In this document: positions 1 to 12,734 of the stretch, piece after piece
Layout: each line of letters starts with the position of its first letter
Position numbering within the stretch: position 1 is the stretch's first letter
From: Octopus sinensis
Taxonomy: Eukaryota
Length of the DNA: 64,000 nt
Direction: 5' to 3'
NCBI RefSeq assembly: GCF_006345805.1
Contig: NC_043003.1
Coordinates: 68,448,001 to 68,512,000 of the forward strand
Notes under the pieces: generated by a model
Told to the model about the DNA's origin: nothing
The model's input: only the letters and a program-made list of their open reading frames with translations
Database searches by the model: none
Made by a program: the position numbers and the translations under genes

Positions 1-22
1 CATTATTCCTAAATGTTTATTT

Positions 23-137
23 AACTATCAATTGTGTGTGTGTGTATTTGTGCCTCTGTGTGTGTGTGTGTTTGTGTATGTGTGTGTGTGTGTGTGTTGT
101 GTGTGTGTGTGTGTGTGTATGTGTGTGTGTGTGTGTA
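23..137. repeat. (GT)n microsatellite
   Basis: Direct reading; explains the HT-rich ORFs at 17-249. Confidence 0.95.
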
Positions 138-3100
138 TGATGCTTTGATCGATATTTCGCGTTTGCCTCGTAAATATCCATGATGTATTTCCTGAACAAA
201 TAGGCTCGGTTGAAAATAGTAAAACGATATGTCTAGAATCATTGGTCATAACATGAATAAATATACCGATGCTTATGTAAGTCTAAGTATTGCTATTCGA
301 CAATAATAACATGCGACATTCTATGAAAATCTCGTAATTAACTGCAGATATATTCAAAGAAATATCGAAGAACATAAAATAGATTTCTGCCGATTCCAAA
401 ATGTATGGTAGCTTGCTTTTCCTTTACTATTTAAGAGAGTAACAAGCGAAAGTGAGCAGATGTATTAGGAATTATACTGGCTCCAACGAGCTGGGGACAG
501 TGTAATAGCAATTTAAAAGGGATTAGAGAGTACGGCTATGGAGAATAGGCTGGATTGTGTTGTTGAGGGACGTCATCCAAATCAGTTGAATGAACTTTCT
601 TATGAGATCTGTGATCTATAAATGTTATATATGTGTAGTAACAGTAGTGTCATGGAAGTGGGCGAAAATTTCCATAACAATATTTAAATGAATTTTGTAT
701 AGATTTAATAAGTATCGGAAGACAATTTATTTCCAGCAACTAAAGGGGAAAACAAGTCAGTGAAAGATAATTTCATAGGTTGTGGACATGAGTTCGCCAG
801 AAAGAAAAGGAAAGATGGTGACGTCTAAAATTATGTATGCATTAGTTTTCATGCTTCTTTGTTACATATATTTATAGTGTTTTTGTGAATATCATAAGCT
901 TTATCGCTAAAGCAGCAACATTGATTTCTGTTGCCGTGTTTTTTGCCCTCAGTTTTTATTTTTTGTAAATGTTATCGTAATGCGTTGAGAATTTCCCTTA
1001 CTCGTGGTTTATGTTATTTGTGTGTATGTAAATTTATTGTTTGTTGTAGTTTCCCTTGGAACACATATTCTAGTTATATATGAATCTGCGCCTAACATTT
1101 TGGGATTCTTCATATGCAAACGATCATTGAATGCCTCAACATTTCATTTCTATCCTAATACTTTTATGTTTAACTCGTTAGCTGAAGGCTGCTGCGGTAA
1201 ACTGAAAGAAAATATTACTGGAAATGTGTAATAAGCTTGGATATCTCTTCCCACAAATGTGGGATTTTTCTTTATACCGTCATATCTGCGCCTGCATTTT
1301 CTTCTAATTATTCATTAAACGTTCAATTTAGCAAACCATTATTTGTGGTACCGACGCACAGCGTGACGTATTCACCTGTATGTTTGATAAATCCTGTCAA
1401 AATCTTTCTGCCAATCAATCCATGACATACTGAACCAAATCTTACTCTTCTATTGATTTACATTATCGTTTTGCTCATCAACAATTGATATTTAGCGTAT
1501 GATGCTTTCCAAGAAACCATGGTTGGTGAAATGATTCTTATGGCTATGGATTTCTTAGGCTTTGAAATTTGTTTCAGGGGATCAATTTGGTTTCTGTCTT
1601 TACAAGACGCTCAGATGTTGCTGCTACTTCTTTGCGGACTTATACATAGTTTTGCCGTCAATGTATTCGTGTGTGAGAACTGCGAATTTAATCACCTCCT
1701 GGTGTATTATTTCTCTTCCATGAAAATGTCCTCACACCGTAGTTATCCATATAAACGCTATGTACCTCTTTCATTTGTTAATGTACTGTTCTCAATTACA
1801 TTTACGTATAGAAGTAAAAAAAAAAGAACACTCGTGGATTGGAACTGAACCGTTTGTTTGTTGAGAGAATTTATTATAGATTTCCATATCGCCAGAATCT
1901 TTTCTATGTAACAAGGATTTACGTCTTCAGATTTATTTCTTCAGATGTCTTGATTTCGAGCAAGTGTATTTTTGTTATTTTGTTTTATTTATTTCTCATC
2001 GTTTACCACTTCACAGTTTTATACTTTCTGTATCGTTGATGATTTCATTAACGATGGAGTAATCTCGCCTTTCAGTATTCCAATGTTCTTTGGAAGATGA
2101 GTAGCTTCCACTGCGTATCCTATCACTCTGAATATATACAGCCTCTGCTTATAATATTTTGTTTGTCCTATTGATACTGATGTTAACGTCTAATTTCCTT
2201 AACAAAATGTTAACCACTTTCGTCCTTTGTATACGGTGCACTATTTTATAGATACTACTTATATTTGAAGATACTTCCGTTAATTTAGAAGAATATCTTC
2301 TCTTCTTACATGTAAATACAACCACATGGTGCAGTCTTTTGTTGTGGTCTGGTGGCTTGTGTGCGTCAGTGACTCATGTGAGTTACGCCATATTGGTAGA
2401 GCATCCTATATTGGACAGAGGTCAACTTCTTTCCTAGAGGTGAAAACGGTTTTGCGTAAGACTATCATGAAAAAAGTAAAGTTACAGATGTATTAATAAT
2501 AATTCAAAACAACAAGACCTGCTAGAGGAAAGCCTTTCCACAGGGAAACATACGACGCAGCGAAACAAGATCCAAAAGGAGGCATGAATCCAAGAGGAGA
2601 GAAGGAGCAAAGACAGCTTTGAGTACAGCTTAGTAAAGTCGTTGTTAGCATATTTTGTATAGGGAGGGAAAGGCTTAAGTAAATAACATTTAAATATATA
2701 CATGACCACAGTTACGTGTTTCAGCATAGAGGCTGCTGCCATGCTGGGGTACTGTATGCATATATAATTTGCTCTTAAATGGACTACGATGGCTATAGTC
2801 TATCCGATCCTTGAGAGATTTTTAGGATTTTCAGGGCCATATCAGGGAACTCTTCGTCAATGTAAAGAACATATTCGACAAAGTGGTAGTCAATATTATG
2901 GCCATGAAATACTTATTAGTAACCACTGAAATTATTGGCAACTATTTGAAGTTGTACCATTTTTGTGAGAAAATCTATTTTTAGCTTACTGCAAAATAAC
3001 TTTATCTGGGAACTGTCATCCTGGGCTAAATAGTAGTATCATATGTTCTTAAAGAACACACACGTTTAAGTAGTGATAAACATTTTTTCCATCACTAAAA

Positions 3101-3141
3101 TGAGATTTTCTTAGTGAACTAGCTTGATATGTGAACTAGCT

Positions 3142-3144
<3 letters not shown>

Positions 3145-3214
<70 letters not shown>

Positions 3215-3385
3215 AGGAGTGAGAACGTAAGAGTGCGAGAGAGAAAGATAGAGAGAGACAGACATATACATACATACACACATTCATAAGTGAGTGTGTG
3301 TCTGTTTGTTTGTGTGTGTGTGCGCGCACGCGCGTGTGTGTGCATGTGTCTGTGTGTGCGTGTGTGTGCGTGTGTGTGTTTTTGC
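3145..3385. repeat. Compound microsatellite (TA)n-(GA)n, then (TG)n/(TGCG)n
   Basis: Direct reading; preceded by a 17-bp tandem duplication GTGAACTAGCTTGATAT. Confidence 0.9.
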
Positions 3386-4614
3386 GTGTGGATAGAAATG
3401 TAAATTCCTAACTGAAAATATTTAATCAAGAGGTGTATTTCGCCATATTGTAACTATGGGCACACTTTATGAATGCACGCTTAACGAATATGTCACTAAG
3501 CAATACATCTATGAAACTCTCGACTGAATTTATCAAACAATAATATTTGAAAGTTATATCATATAACCAAACTTTCAACATAAAAACAAAATGATATTCC
3601 TTGTAATTTCACTACCATCACGGATTAATATATATGCTAAAGTATTATCACTGAAGCCTTGACTGCTTCATTGCACTACCACGTTTCGGAGTGTTTCTCG
3701 CATGAATTTTTACTTTGTAAAATATATTATGCTAGATGCACATATTCGTAAGACATGGATTGACAATTGTTCCTTTTCAGTATGAGAATAATTAATGAAG
3801 CAAATATAAGCTTGTGACAACGTAATAATTTTATTTTCACTCTACACATGAAAAGTGAAACACAGCCTTTCCGCAAAAGTAAATCATTCATAACAACACC
3901 AACAGCAGTAATGTAGGAGACATTTATTGGACATTGGTTTTGTTACGATATGTTGCATATTTTAGTTTATGTGCATTTCTAATATTTGAAAGGAATCTTT
4001 CAGATATAATTTCTGAGTTGTGAAATTCTTTTAAGTTGCCAGAAAACTACTTGACCTTGAATTCTGTTGCGATAGTTTAGATATTTATTACCGCTATACT
4101 TTCGAATGGATGAATAGTCAATAATATACATTTTACAGCGGTTCATTTATATATTGGGCATAAAATAACTTTCACCTTATGCCGAAGAGAAATAACGTTA
4201 AGCTAAAAAGTAATAAATTCCTGGAATAACAACCTCGAATTAACTAACACCTGTCTTTTTGTGAATATGCTTTCGATAACAAGCTTTTATCGAGGGAAAT
4301 CCAGTAAAATGATTTTCTTTCCCATAAACTAAGGAGTATATGGTAATATAAATTCAGCTAGAGCAATAATTTCTCGAAGTTAAAAAAATTATACGTTTCA
4401 ATTAAGGGTACTTTCCTGGCATTTACTACCATCATTACAATTATGTTTATTCCAGCGTTTTGACCTACTTGCAAGGAAAAATGGGGAAAAATAATAAATC
4501 CTCGCCAGAAAATAATACCAAAAATCTTTAAGTATGTTCTAACAATGTAGTATGTTTTAAATTAAAAATTTGATTGCAACTTTGAAATGATGTCACTAAT
4601 TGCAACTTACAGGC

Positions 4615-4672
<58 letters not shown>

Positions 4673-5074
4673 GCCTGTAAATATATATAAATGTGTGTTT
4701 TTGTGCGTGTGTGTGTATGTGTGTGCGTGTGTTTCTCTGTGTGTGATTCTGAATGTCCAAACAGAAAATGTCTGCGTTACGCATAGGTTTCCATATGTGA
4801 AATATGGATGCATATGCGTAATAAAGACGTCATGGAGAAAATATTCTTTCCGAGGGAACACAGTGAAATATTGAGGTAGAATTGAATGAAATGCAGTTCA
4901 ATTTATATATAAAAGAAAGGGGAAAATTATGTAAAACGGAAAGGGTAAACTAGGGTACGGGTTAAGAAATAAGGATGGAAACAGCGAAAAAGTGTTAGAC
5001 ATGTGAAAAAGACTTTGAGATTAAGAATCTGAAGGAAGTATAGAACATTGAAGGAGAAGGAAGCATGGAAATAA

Positions 5075-5182
5075 TTTTATGCTTGTTCAAATGATATCTA
5101 TCTATCTATCTATCTATTTTATGCTTATTCAAATGATATCTATCTATCTATCTATCTATCTATTTTATGCTTATTTAAATGA

Positions 5183-5217
<35 letters not shown>

Positions 5218-5233
5218 TTATCTATCTATCTAT

Positions 5234-5278
<45 letters not shown>
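5075..5278. repeat. Three-unit compound minisatellite TTTTATGCTT(G/A)TT(C/T)AAATGAT-(ATCT)n followed by (TA)n
   Basis: The unique ~21-bp spacer recurs three times, each followed by an ATCT run. Confidence 0.9.
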
Positions 5279-5280
<2 letters not shown>

Positions 5281-5283
<3 letters not shown>

Positions 5284-5564
5284 AGATCGTTATTTAAATA
5301 CCGTTATTTAAAATACCTCAAAGGTAATAATTATTATTAAAATTAGAATTAAGAGTATCTAATAGATACAAACCATGCTAGATATAGCAGCCAAAACTTG
5401 ACTCTAAAATCCCATTAAATGTTCATACATCATCCTAGTGCACGAGCGGATACTCCGGAGCAAGTTTTTTGTGTGTCCTACAAGAGTACTCGATGCTAGA
5501 TGTGTCGAAACAATTGTTGTGCTTAATAATATATTCTCGTATATTCCATCTTTTGTCTTTCATT

Positions 5565-5616
<52 letters not shown>

Positions 5617-5875
5617 GCAATGGCGCAGTGGTTAGGTCCAATAATATTTTGCTTTTTATTTGTCTTTTTGTCTTTTCTTCTCGTGCTGTATGAAAACATA
5701 ATGCGCTTTTACAGTCAAGTTTTGCCTGCTATCTCTAGCATGGTGGTATCTTTTAAATACCCCTAATTATAATTTTAATAATGATTATTACCTATAAAGC
5801 TTTTATTCCTATGCTGGCCACTTGATATAATCGGTATGTTAAATAACAATTTTATCCTTATTTATGTAAATTTAT
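5281..5875. mobile_element. Fold-back element with decayed central hammerhead-like motif (probable PLE derivative)
   Basis: 5321-5409 and 5707-5793 are inverted copies (~87% by eye). Spacer holds CTACAAGA-GTACTC..TGTGTC-GAAA-CAATTG-T at 5478-5518. Both ends abut TA-rich microsatellite. Confidence 0.6.
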
Positions 5876-5899
5876 ACACACACACACGCATATATATAT

Positions 5900-5941
<42 letters not shown>

Positions 5942-5957
5942 ATTATATATATATATC

Positions 5958-6002
<45 letters not shown>

Positions 6003-7029
6003 ATATATATATATATATATATTCCAAGAAAGTTAGGGTTTCTGAATCCAACTAACTAAGGATAATTTCTATCCAATATACTGGTGGTAGAATAACAAAT
6101 TTTTAAAGCACAAGTGTTTTTATTGCATTGAAATTACATTACCGAGTGTACTAAATGGGTGAAGGTAAAGAGATATTTTACCATTAATTTATAGAGCAAT
6201 AAGAAAGTGGAGGGGGATCAATAGGTGGTATTCATCAACTTTTAGACATTATATTATCTCAATTTATTTATTTATTTACTAAAAGGACAATTATAACAAT
6301 ATACGTACATGTATAACATATTATGCTTTACATATATAATATATAAAGATATCAGTAATTATTAAAATATATAACATACAGGAATAGAAAATGGGATATC
6401 TTACAGTAGACTGAAATAAGTAGTATATGAAATTGAAGTTATCGTATATTTCTCTAGGCTTCGTCAGAGATTTTAGAAAGTACATAAGGTTAAGTTATAA
6501 CTATAAATACACACACATATGCATACTTATACATATACATACCTATCTATCTGTATCTATCTCTATTTGTCTATCCGTCTATCTACCTATGTATCTATCT
6601 CTATTGTTCTTGAACTTCACCCTAAAAAAACAAAAACAAAATGAAGGTTCTCTTCTAAACAAATAGAAAAAAACCCACCCCTGATTTATATAAACAACCT
6701 GTTTACACATTCACTATTTTATGTCATACGTTCGAAGACGAACGAAAGTGCTGATAGAAATGTCTAAGTAAAATAATATTTTTCCAAAATTCTTGCGACT
6801 TCCTTTCTCAATATTCAATATCTGTACACCACTTCCAAAATTTTACACACACACACACACACACACACCCGCCCACACACACACACACGCACACACGCAC
6901 ACGCGCACACAGATATATATATATATATGTATGTATATATATATATATATACAATATATATATATATGTATCTACATAATATATATATATATATAAATTT
7001 ATATACCTATATTATATATTATAATATGC

Positions 7030-7060
<31 letters not shown>

Positions 7061-7089
7061 TTATATATATATGTATGTATGTATGTATG

Positions 7090-7121
<32 letters not shown>

Positions 7122-7524
7122 TGTATGTATGTATGTATGTATAGAAATATATACGCATACTGAGTTATAGGTAGAGAGGCAGAGAAAAGTGATAAGATGG
7201 GAATCAGGTCAGAATACAAAAAATAACATGTGGAAAATAGCTGAGTGGAATATATCTCTTCGATTGTTTTGAATACTAAATTGATATTCTGTATTCCATT
7301 CGATAACATCATCACATTCAAACCAATGGGTCCGCACATGAATAATCATTTGATATCGTAAAAAATATCAAAATCGCCCTCGAATCACAGATATCCGTTT
7401 TGGTTGAGTATATTCAACCATCAAAATAGAAATAATATTTATCTTTAACTCTAGGTCACATAAGGTCACTAACCTGGCTTCCCTAGCGTAAACGTGATTG
7501 AGATTACAATCCCCCCCCTTAACT

Positions 7525-7874
7525 GCTGGGCGAAATGCTTAGCGGTATTTCGTCTATCTTTACGTTCTGAGTTCAAATTCCGCCGAGATCGACTTTGCCT
7601 TTCATCCTTTCGGGGTTGATTACATAAGTACCAGTTACGCACTGGAGTCGATATAATCGGCTTAATCCTTTTGTCTGTCCTTGCTTGTCCTCTCAGTGTG
7701 TAAACCCTTGTGGGTAGTAAAGAAATAGGTATTTCATCTGTCTTTACGTTCTGAATTCAAATTCCACCGAGGTCGATTTTGCCTTTTATCCTTTCGGAGT
7801 CTATAAATTAAGTACCAGTCGTGTATTAGGGTTGATCTAATCGACTGGACCAAAATTTCGGGGCTTGTGCCTAC
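7525..7874 (+). mobile_element. SINE family B, dimeric copy
   Basis: GTTCTGAGTTCAAATTCC B-box-like head and CTTTGCCTTTCATCCTTTCGGGG..AAGTACCAG body occur twice in tandem. Confidence 0.85.
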
Positions 7875-7924
7875 AATCATCCTTAACGGGAGGGCAGTCC
7901 GTTACAGGATTCAACGTCAGGAAT

Positions 7925-8095
7925 TTTCGAGAAAGAGGAATCGGTTAATTGATCCTAGTACTTGATGAGTCCATTATTTCATTGACCCAGGGGAGAAAAC
8001 GAGTCAACCTTAGCGGGATTTGAACACAGGACGGAAAAACCCAAAAGAAATACCTGTATCTCGTCCGACGATCTAATGCCCCTGCCAGGTGACAG
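7925..8095 (-). mobile_element. SINE family B, degenerate
   Basis: Reverse complement contains CTGGCAG..GGTATTTC..GTTCAAATCCCGCTAAGGTTGAC. Confidence 0.6.
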
Positions 8096-8992
8096 CCATC
8101 TAAGACGCTATAGTCGTGAGAGATATTCATTTGTTTGTTGTTTAGCTGAATTAGGATTCACCTAATACGAAACACCACCATCGGAAACAAAACACTGATA
8201 TCAATACAAAAGCAATAAACAAACAACAACCATTTATACTTAAATGAATATATTTCGTTTGATTGCTAAATATGGTCTCAGTTTAGTGGCTGAAAGAGTA
8301 TAAGTTCCATAGCTTCTAAATGTTGGAGTTTATCCAGAGTGAAATTATTCAAACACCATTGTCTTAATTCTTCAAAGTGCAGTGCCACTGATCTTTATGC
8401 CATTACATCTAGAACATAGTGTTCATTACAAGATGCATATGGCGATTTACAATGTATTCCACTTCAAACATCTTACGAACAAATATTAGTTTGCAGGTGT
8501 GTAACTAATTCAATGATTAGTGATTAGCAATGAATCATTTGTAGGATAAATACTGTATTTGTAAAAGGATATACGCACCCATACATACATACATATATGT
8601 GTATATAGTGAGAGAGAGAGAGAAAGAGAGATATGTGCTATCGCGTGCGTGCGTGTGTATGTGTGAAGGTACATACCGCATAGGTTGTGTGGGGAAGAGT
8701 TTCGATTCCTAGAACAGTTGAAGCATTGTACAATTCGGCGAAAAACACGTTAATTAACGCTAGCCCTGTCCGCTAAGATGTAGATGAGTTTCAGGAGAAG
8801 TTGACTTGTGACAGAGCCGCATCCTGTTCAAGGGGCAGAATCTTGGAATTTAGAATCTGTGTCAATCCGTTATGAGTCCTAAAACCACAGTGCATACATG
8901 CACGCACACATTCATATATATGTGTGTGTATGTGTGTATGTGTGTATGTATGAGTTTGTATACACACACATATATACATACATTCATTATAT

Positions 8993-9033
<41 letters not shown>

Positions 9034-9109
9034 TACATACATACACACACATACCAACAAACGCACGCACAATCACATAGACAGACACACACGCATATAT
9101 ACATATGAT

Positions 9110-9280
9110 ATGTAAATGAGTAACAAAGATGTATGGGTGTCAATTTATTACGTGCGTTTCAAGCGACTCCTTTAATTGGTTAATGAAAACATAACATCAT
9201 TTGAAATGATGAAATTAAAGGAGTCACTTAAAACGGACGTAAGGAAACGACACCCATACATCTTTGTCACTCGTTTATAT
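9110..9280. mobile_element. ~170-bp hairpin element (MITE-like)
   Basis: 9110-9177 and 9213-9280 are inverted copies (~85%) around a 35-bp spacer. Confidence 0.7.
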
Positions 9281-9518
9281 TTTATTCACCTGACTTGGTA
9301 TGTCCCTGAAATATAAAAGAAAGTACCTTTATACAAAGTACAAGTCTGGATTACCAAGAACGTATATCTTCACAAAGCTGGGTTGCGTTGTCTGAATACA
9401 TGACAGGAATTTCAGGCTTAAACAGCCCTGCACGAGAGACTTGATATTCAATATTCAATTAATATTGTTTGAGTGTGCGGATTATACGGGAACTAGAAGG
9501 TCGCCTCAATTTAAGTAC

Positions 9519-9569
<51 letters not shown>

Positions 9570-9580
9570 TCCATACATAC

Positions 9581-9635
<55 letters not shown>

Positions 9636-9810
9636 TATATATAATATATATATTATATATATATGATATGGGTGGCTAATTCACAATTTACAACCTAAGG
9701 CAGAAATATATACGTCATTAAAGTGAAATAGGGTATTAATGAACGCCGTTATTGCTAGAAATAGGAGTCAAAACAACTCAATAGTCACAAAAGCACCATC
9801 TTGATATATA

Positions 9811-9849
<39 letters not shown>

Positions 9850-10724
9850 TATATATATATACGTGTGTATATATTACTTATACGCTTGTGCTTTAAATGA
9901 CATTTATTTTTGATGCATGTCTTATCAATGTATCTATAACATGTTTAAAGTTGGTTTTGTATTACACTTCATGTTATCCATGTGTAGTAAATTCATTTCG
10001 GGTAAAATGTTTCAGAGTCGATGGAAAACGAAGGCATTCCTGCTCATCCAATATTTCTGAGTCTTAAAAGACAACTTATGTTTTGAAATCAATCATTAGT
10101 TTTTATATTTTATTTTATTTTATTTTATTTAACCTCAGTGTGAAATGACAGCCTTGATTCTTGATATTCAGCTTCAGGTTTGAATATAATTTTTGGAACA
10201 GAGAAAGTACTGCAATTTATGGATATTCGAAAATAAAACTGCTATCAAGGGGTTCCGGATAGACATTGGATCCTTCATAAATGGTGTCTGTAATGTAGTT
10301 CATGTATAGTGGAGAATTTGGCAAAACTTTTTCGAACTTATAACGCCCCAAATTTGAGCCCTTCAAGCATAAAAGCGAATTAGTCGCATAAAAACTTACA
10401 TAACTGTGGGGCTGCGAAAAGACATAAGCTATTTCTGCTATCATTGCATTAAAGCATGCTTATTGGTAAAGTATATTCTTTTGAACATACACTTTCAGGT
10501 ATTTTCCAAGTTAGCCTGTAGATGTTTTGCTGTCATTTATATAGATTGCAATATGTTTACTTCGGTATTTCTGTTTTCTTACTGTCATCTTATATTGATC
10601 TGTCAGCCACGATCTGCCAACAGGAATATTTTCCTACGGATTGCTCGTTTATACGCTATTCACCCAGCCTTCCCCCAAAGAAACTACAGATTTTACTATA
10701 TACACCTACAGACATACATACATA

Positions 10725-10779
<55 letters not shown>

Positions 10780-10808
10780 GATTGGGAGGTTATGTGTTGT
10801 ACCTTGTA

Positions 10809-10863
<55 letters not shown>

Positions 10864-10913
10864 TTTTATATATACATATATGTATTTATTGTAATATGAA
10901 TGTATGTATGTAT

Positions 10914-10952
10914 GGAGGCGCAATGTCCCAGTGGTTAGAGTAGCGGACTCGT
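10914..10952 (+). mobile_element. SINE family C head, cut by assembly gap
   Basis: GGAGGCGCAATGTCCCAGTGGTTAGAGTAGCGGACTCG matches the 5' end of the copies at 18559 and 46210. Confidence 0.8.
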
Positions 10953-11052
10953 NNNNNNNNNNNNNNNNNNNNNNNNNNNNNNNNNNNNNNNNNNNNNNNN
11001 NNNNNNNNNNNNNNNNNNNNNNNNNNNNNNNNNNNNNNNNNNNNNNNNNNNN
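10953..11052. other. Assembly gap (100 N)
   Basis: Run of exactly 100 N, followed by (AAG)n to ~11103. Confidence 0.99.
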
Positions 11053-11185
11053 AAGAAAGAAGAAGAAGAAGAAGAAGAGAAGAAGAAGAAGAAGAAGAAG
11101 AAGAATAGGGAAGAAATATTATTCCAACCTTACAGGTGAAATTCAGTATAATAATATTCGACCGAATTTCATAATATATAATATA

Positions 11186-11698
11186 TCTATATATATAAAA
11201 CTGTAGTTGTGTGAGTGTCTGTCCCCTTCGATTTAGATTCCTAACTACTCCCACATTTTGCGGTGCAGTTTAACCAAATTCGGGTATCTTATAGTCGTAA
11301 TTCATATCGAGCCCGTCTGGGTATTAGCGCGCGTCTACGATGTGTTTACGATTTTAAAAATAATTTAACATCATTTTTTATTCCATTTTAATGCATATTT
11401 TTTCGTGTGTCGATGGCGGCGGATTTGGCGTCCATGGTCACACCTGCACCTGTGTGCTTCTCCCCCTTCTTCCCTCCCTCGTGAAGCTGTGGGGAAGGGA
11501 GTGTAAGGAAATCAACGTCGTAAAGCGTTGTCAAGGAGACCAGCGTTCTTTTAGAACAACGACTTCATGGCTTGAAGACACCAAAACAGAAATGGCTAAG
11601 AAAGCCCGAATTGGCATCTATAAGGGAAGTAACTCTCTAAAAATGCTTATATAGTTATTTCCCTTACAAACCCGAGCAACGCCGGGCGATACTGCTAG
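11186..11698 (+). mobile_element. Non-autonomous Helitron, long variant
   Basis: A|TC 5' end, CCCGAGCAACGCCGGG hairpin ~12 nt before the CTAG|T 3' end, no TSD; near-identical to 56830-57364. Confidence 0.85.
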
Positions 11699-11992
11699 TT
11701 TATATATAAAAGAGAAGTTCTGTGTCTGTCTCCTACGATTTAGATTCCTAACTGCTCCCACATTTTGCGGTGCAGTTTAACCAAAAGCGGGTATCTTATA
11801 GTCGTGATTCATATTGAGCCCTTCTGGGTATTAGCGCGCGTCTACGATGAGTCTACGATTTTAAAAAAGATTTACCATCATTTTTTTCCATTTTTAATGC
11901 ATTTATTTGCTATTTTTTGGCTATAACTCTCTAAAAATGCTTATATAGTTATTTCCCTCACAAACCCGAGCAACGCCGTGCGATACTGCTAG
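11699..11992 (+). mobile_element. Non-autonomous Helitron, short variant, head-to-tail with the previous copy
   Basis: Same body, hairpin and CTAG|T end; lacks the ~180-bp internal insert and the 5' TC. Confidence 0.85.
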
Positions 11993-12380
11993 TATAATAT
12001 ATGTAAATAATTAATTTAGATACGAACCGCCACTCCACATCTCAGTCAATCAAGAGCCCGTCCAAAGTCATTCTTTGAGACATATACCATATAAAAACTA
12101 ATATAAATTTTTGATAATATGTAATATTGAACCGTAAGATTATTACAATCATATAATATATAAGAGCAAATACATTTAAAATCACAGTGAAAACCATACA
12201 AATACACATTCGTCATAAAAATATTAATCTAAAGTCAAATAAAGTATAAATTGAACAATAAATTTAATACAATAATATAATGTATTAATGTAAGTTCTTG
12301 TACCTTGACTACGCGCGTTTCATGGCTGGGTTAGGACTATATAAAACCATATAAGAAAACCATATCCAAGTTCATTAGAA

Positions 12381-12422
12381 CTAAAAGAAGCGTGTCGTAT
12401 TTATATGGATATATATATATAT

Positions 12423-12505
<83 letters not shown>

Positions 12506-12734
12506 TATGTGTGTGTGCGCGTGCGCGGTGTGTGTGTCTGTGTTTGAGCCGCACCATCGCTTGACAACCGATATCGGTGTGTTTACGTCTCTGTAACATA
12601 GCGGTTCGGCAACTGAGACCGAATGAATAAGTACTAGGCTTACAAAGAATAATTCCGAGGGCCAATTTGTTCGAATAAAGGTTGTGCTCTAGCGTGGCCG
12701 CAGTCAAATGACTGAAACAAGTAAAAGAATAAAA
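12381..12734 (+). mobile_element. SINE family A, 5'-truncated, with internal (AGAT)n
   Basis: Body CATCGCTTGACAACCG..GCGGTTCGGCAA and tail GGCCGCAGTCAAATGACTGAAACAAGTAAAAG are shared with other copies. Confidence 0.85.

Noticed and set aside
2300-2950. Coding-looking stretch including ORF 2482-2742
   Set aside because: No recognisable domain, no consistent splice sites, and stops in candidate frames.
5075-5230. CRISPR-like repeat-spacer pattern
   Set aside because: The spacers are ATCT microsatellite, there are only three units, the context is eukaryotic and no cas genes are present.
10217-10444. Minus-strand ORF and a possible 12-nt microexon (CAG|CCCCACAGTTAT|GTAAGT)
   Set aside because: Not distinguishable from chance without transcript data.
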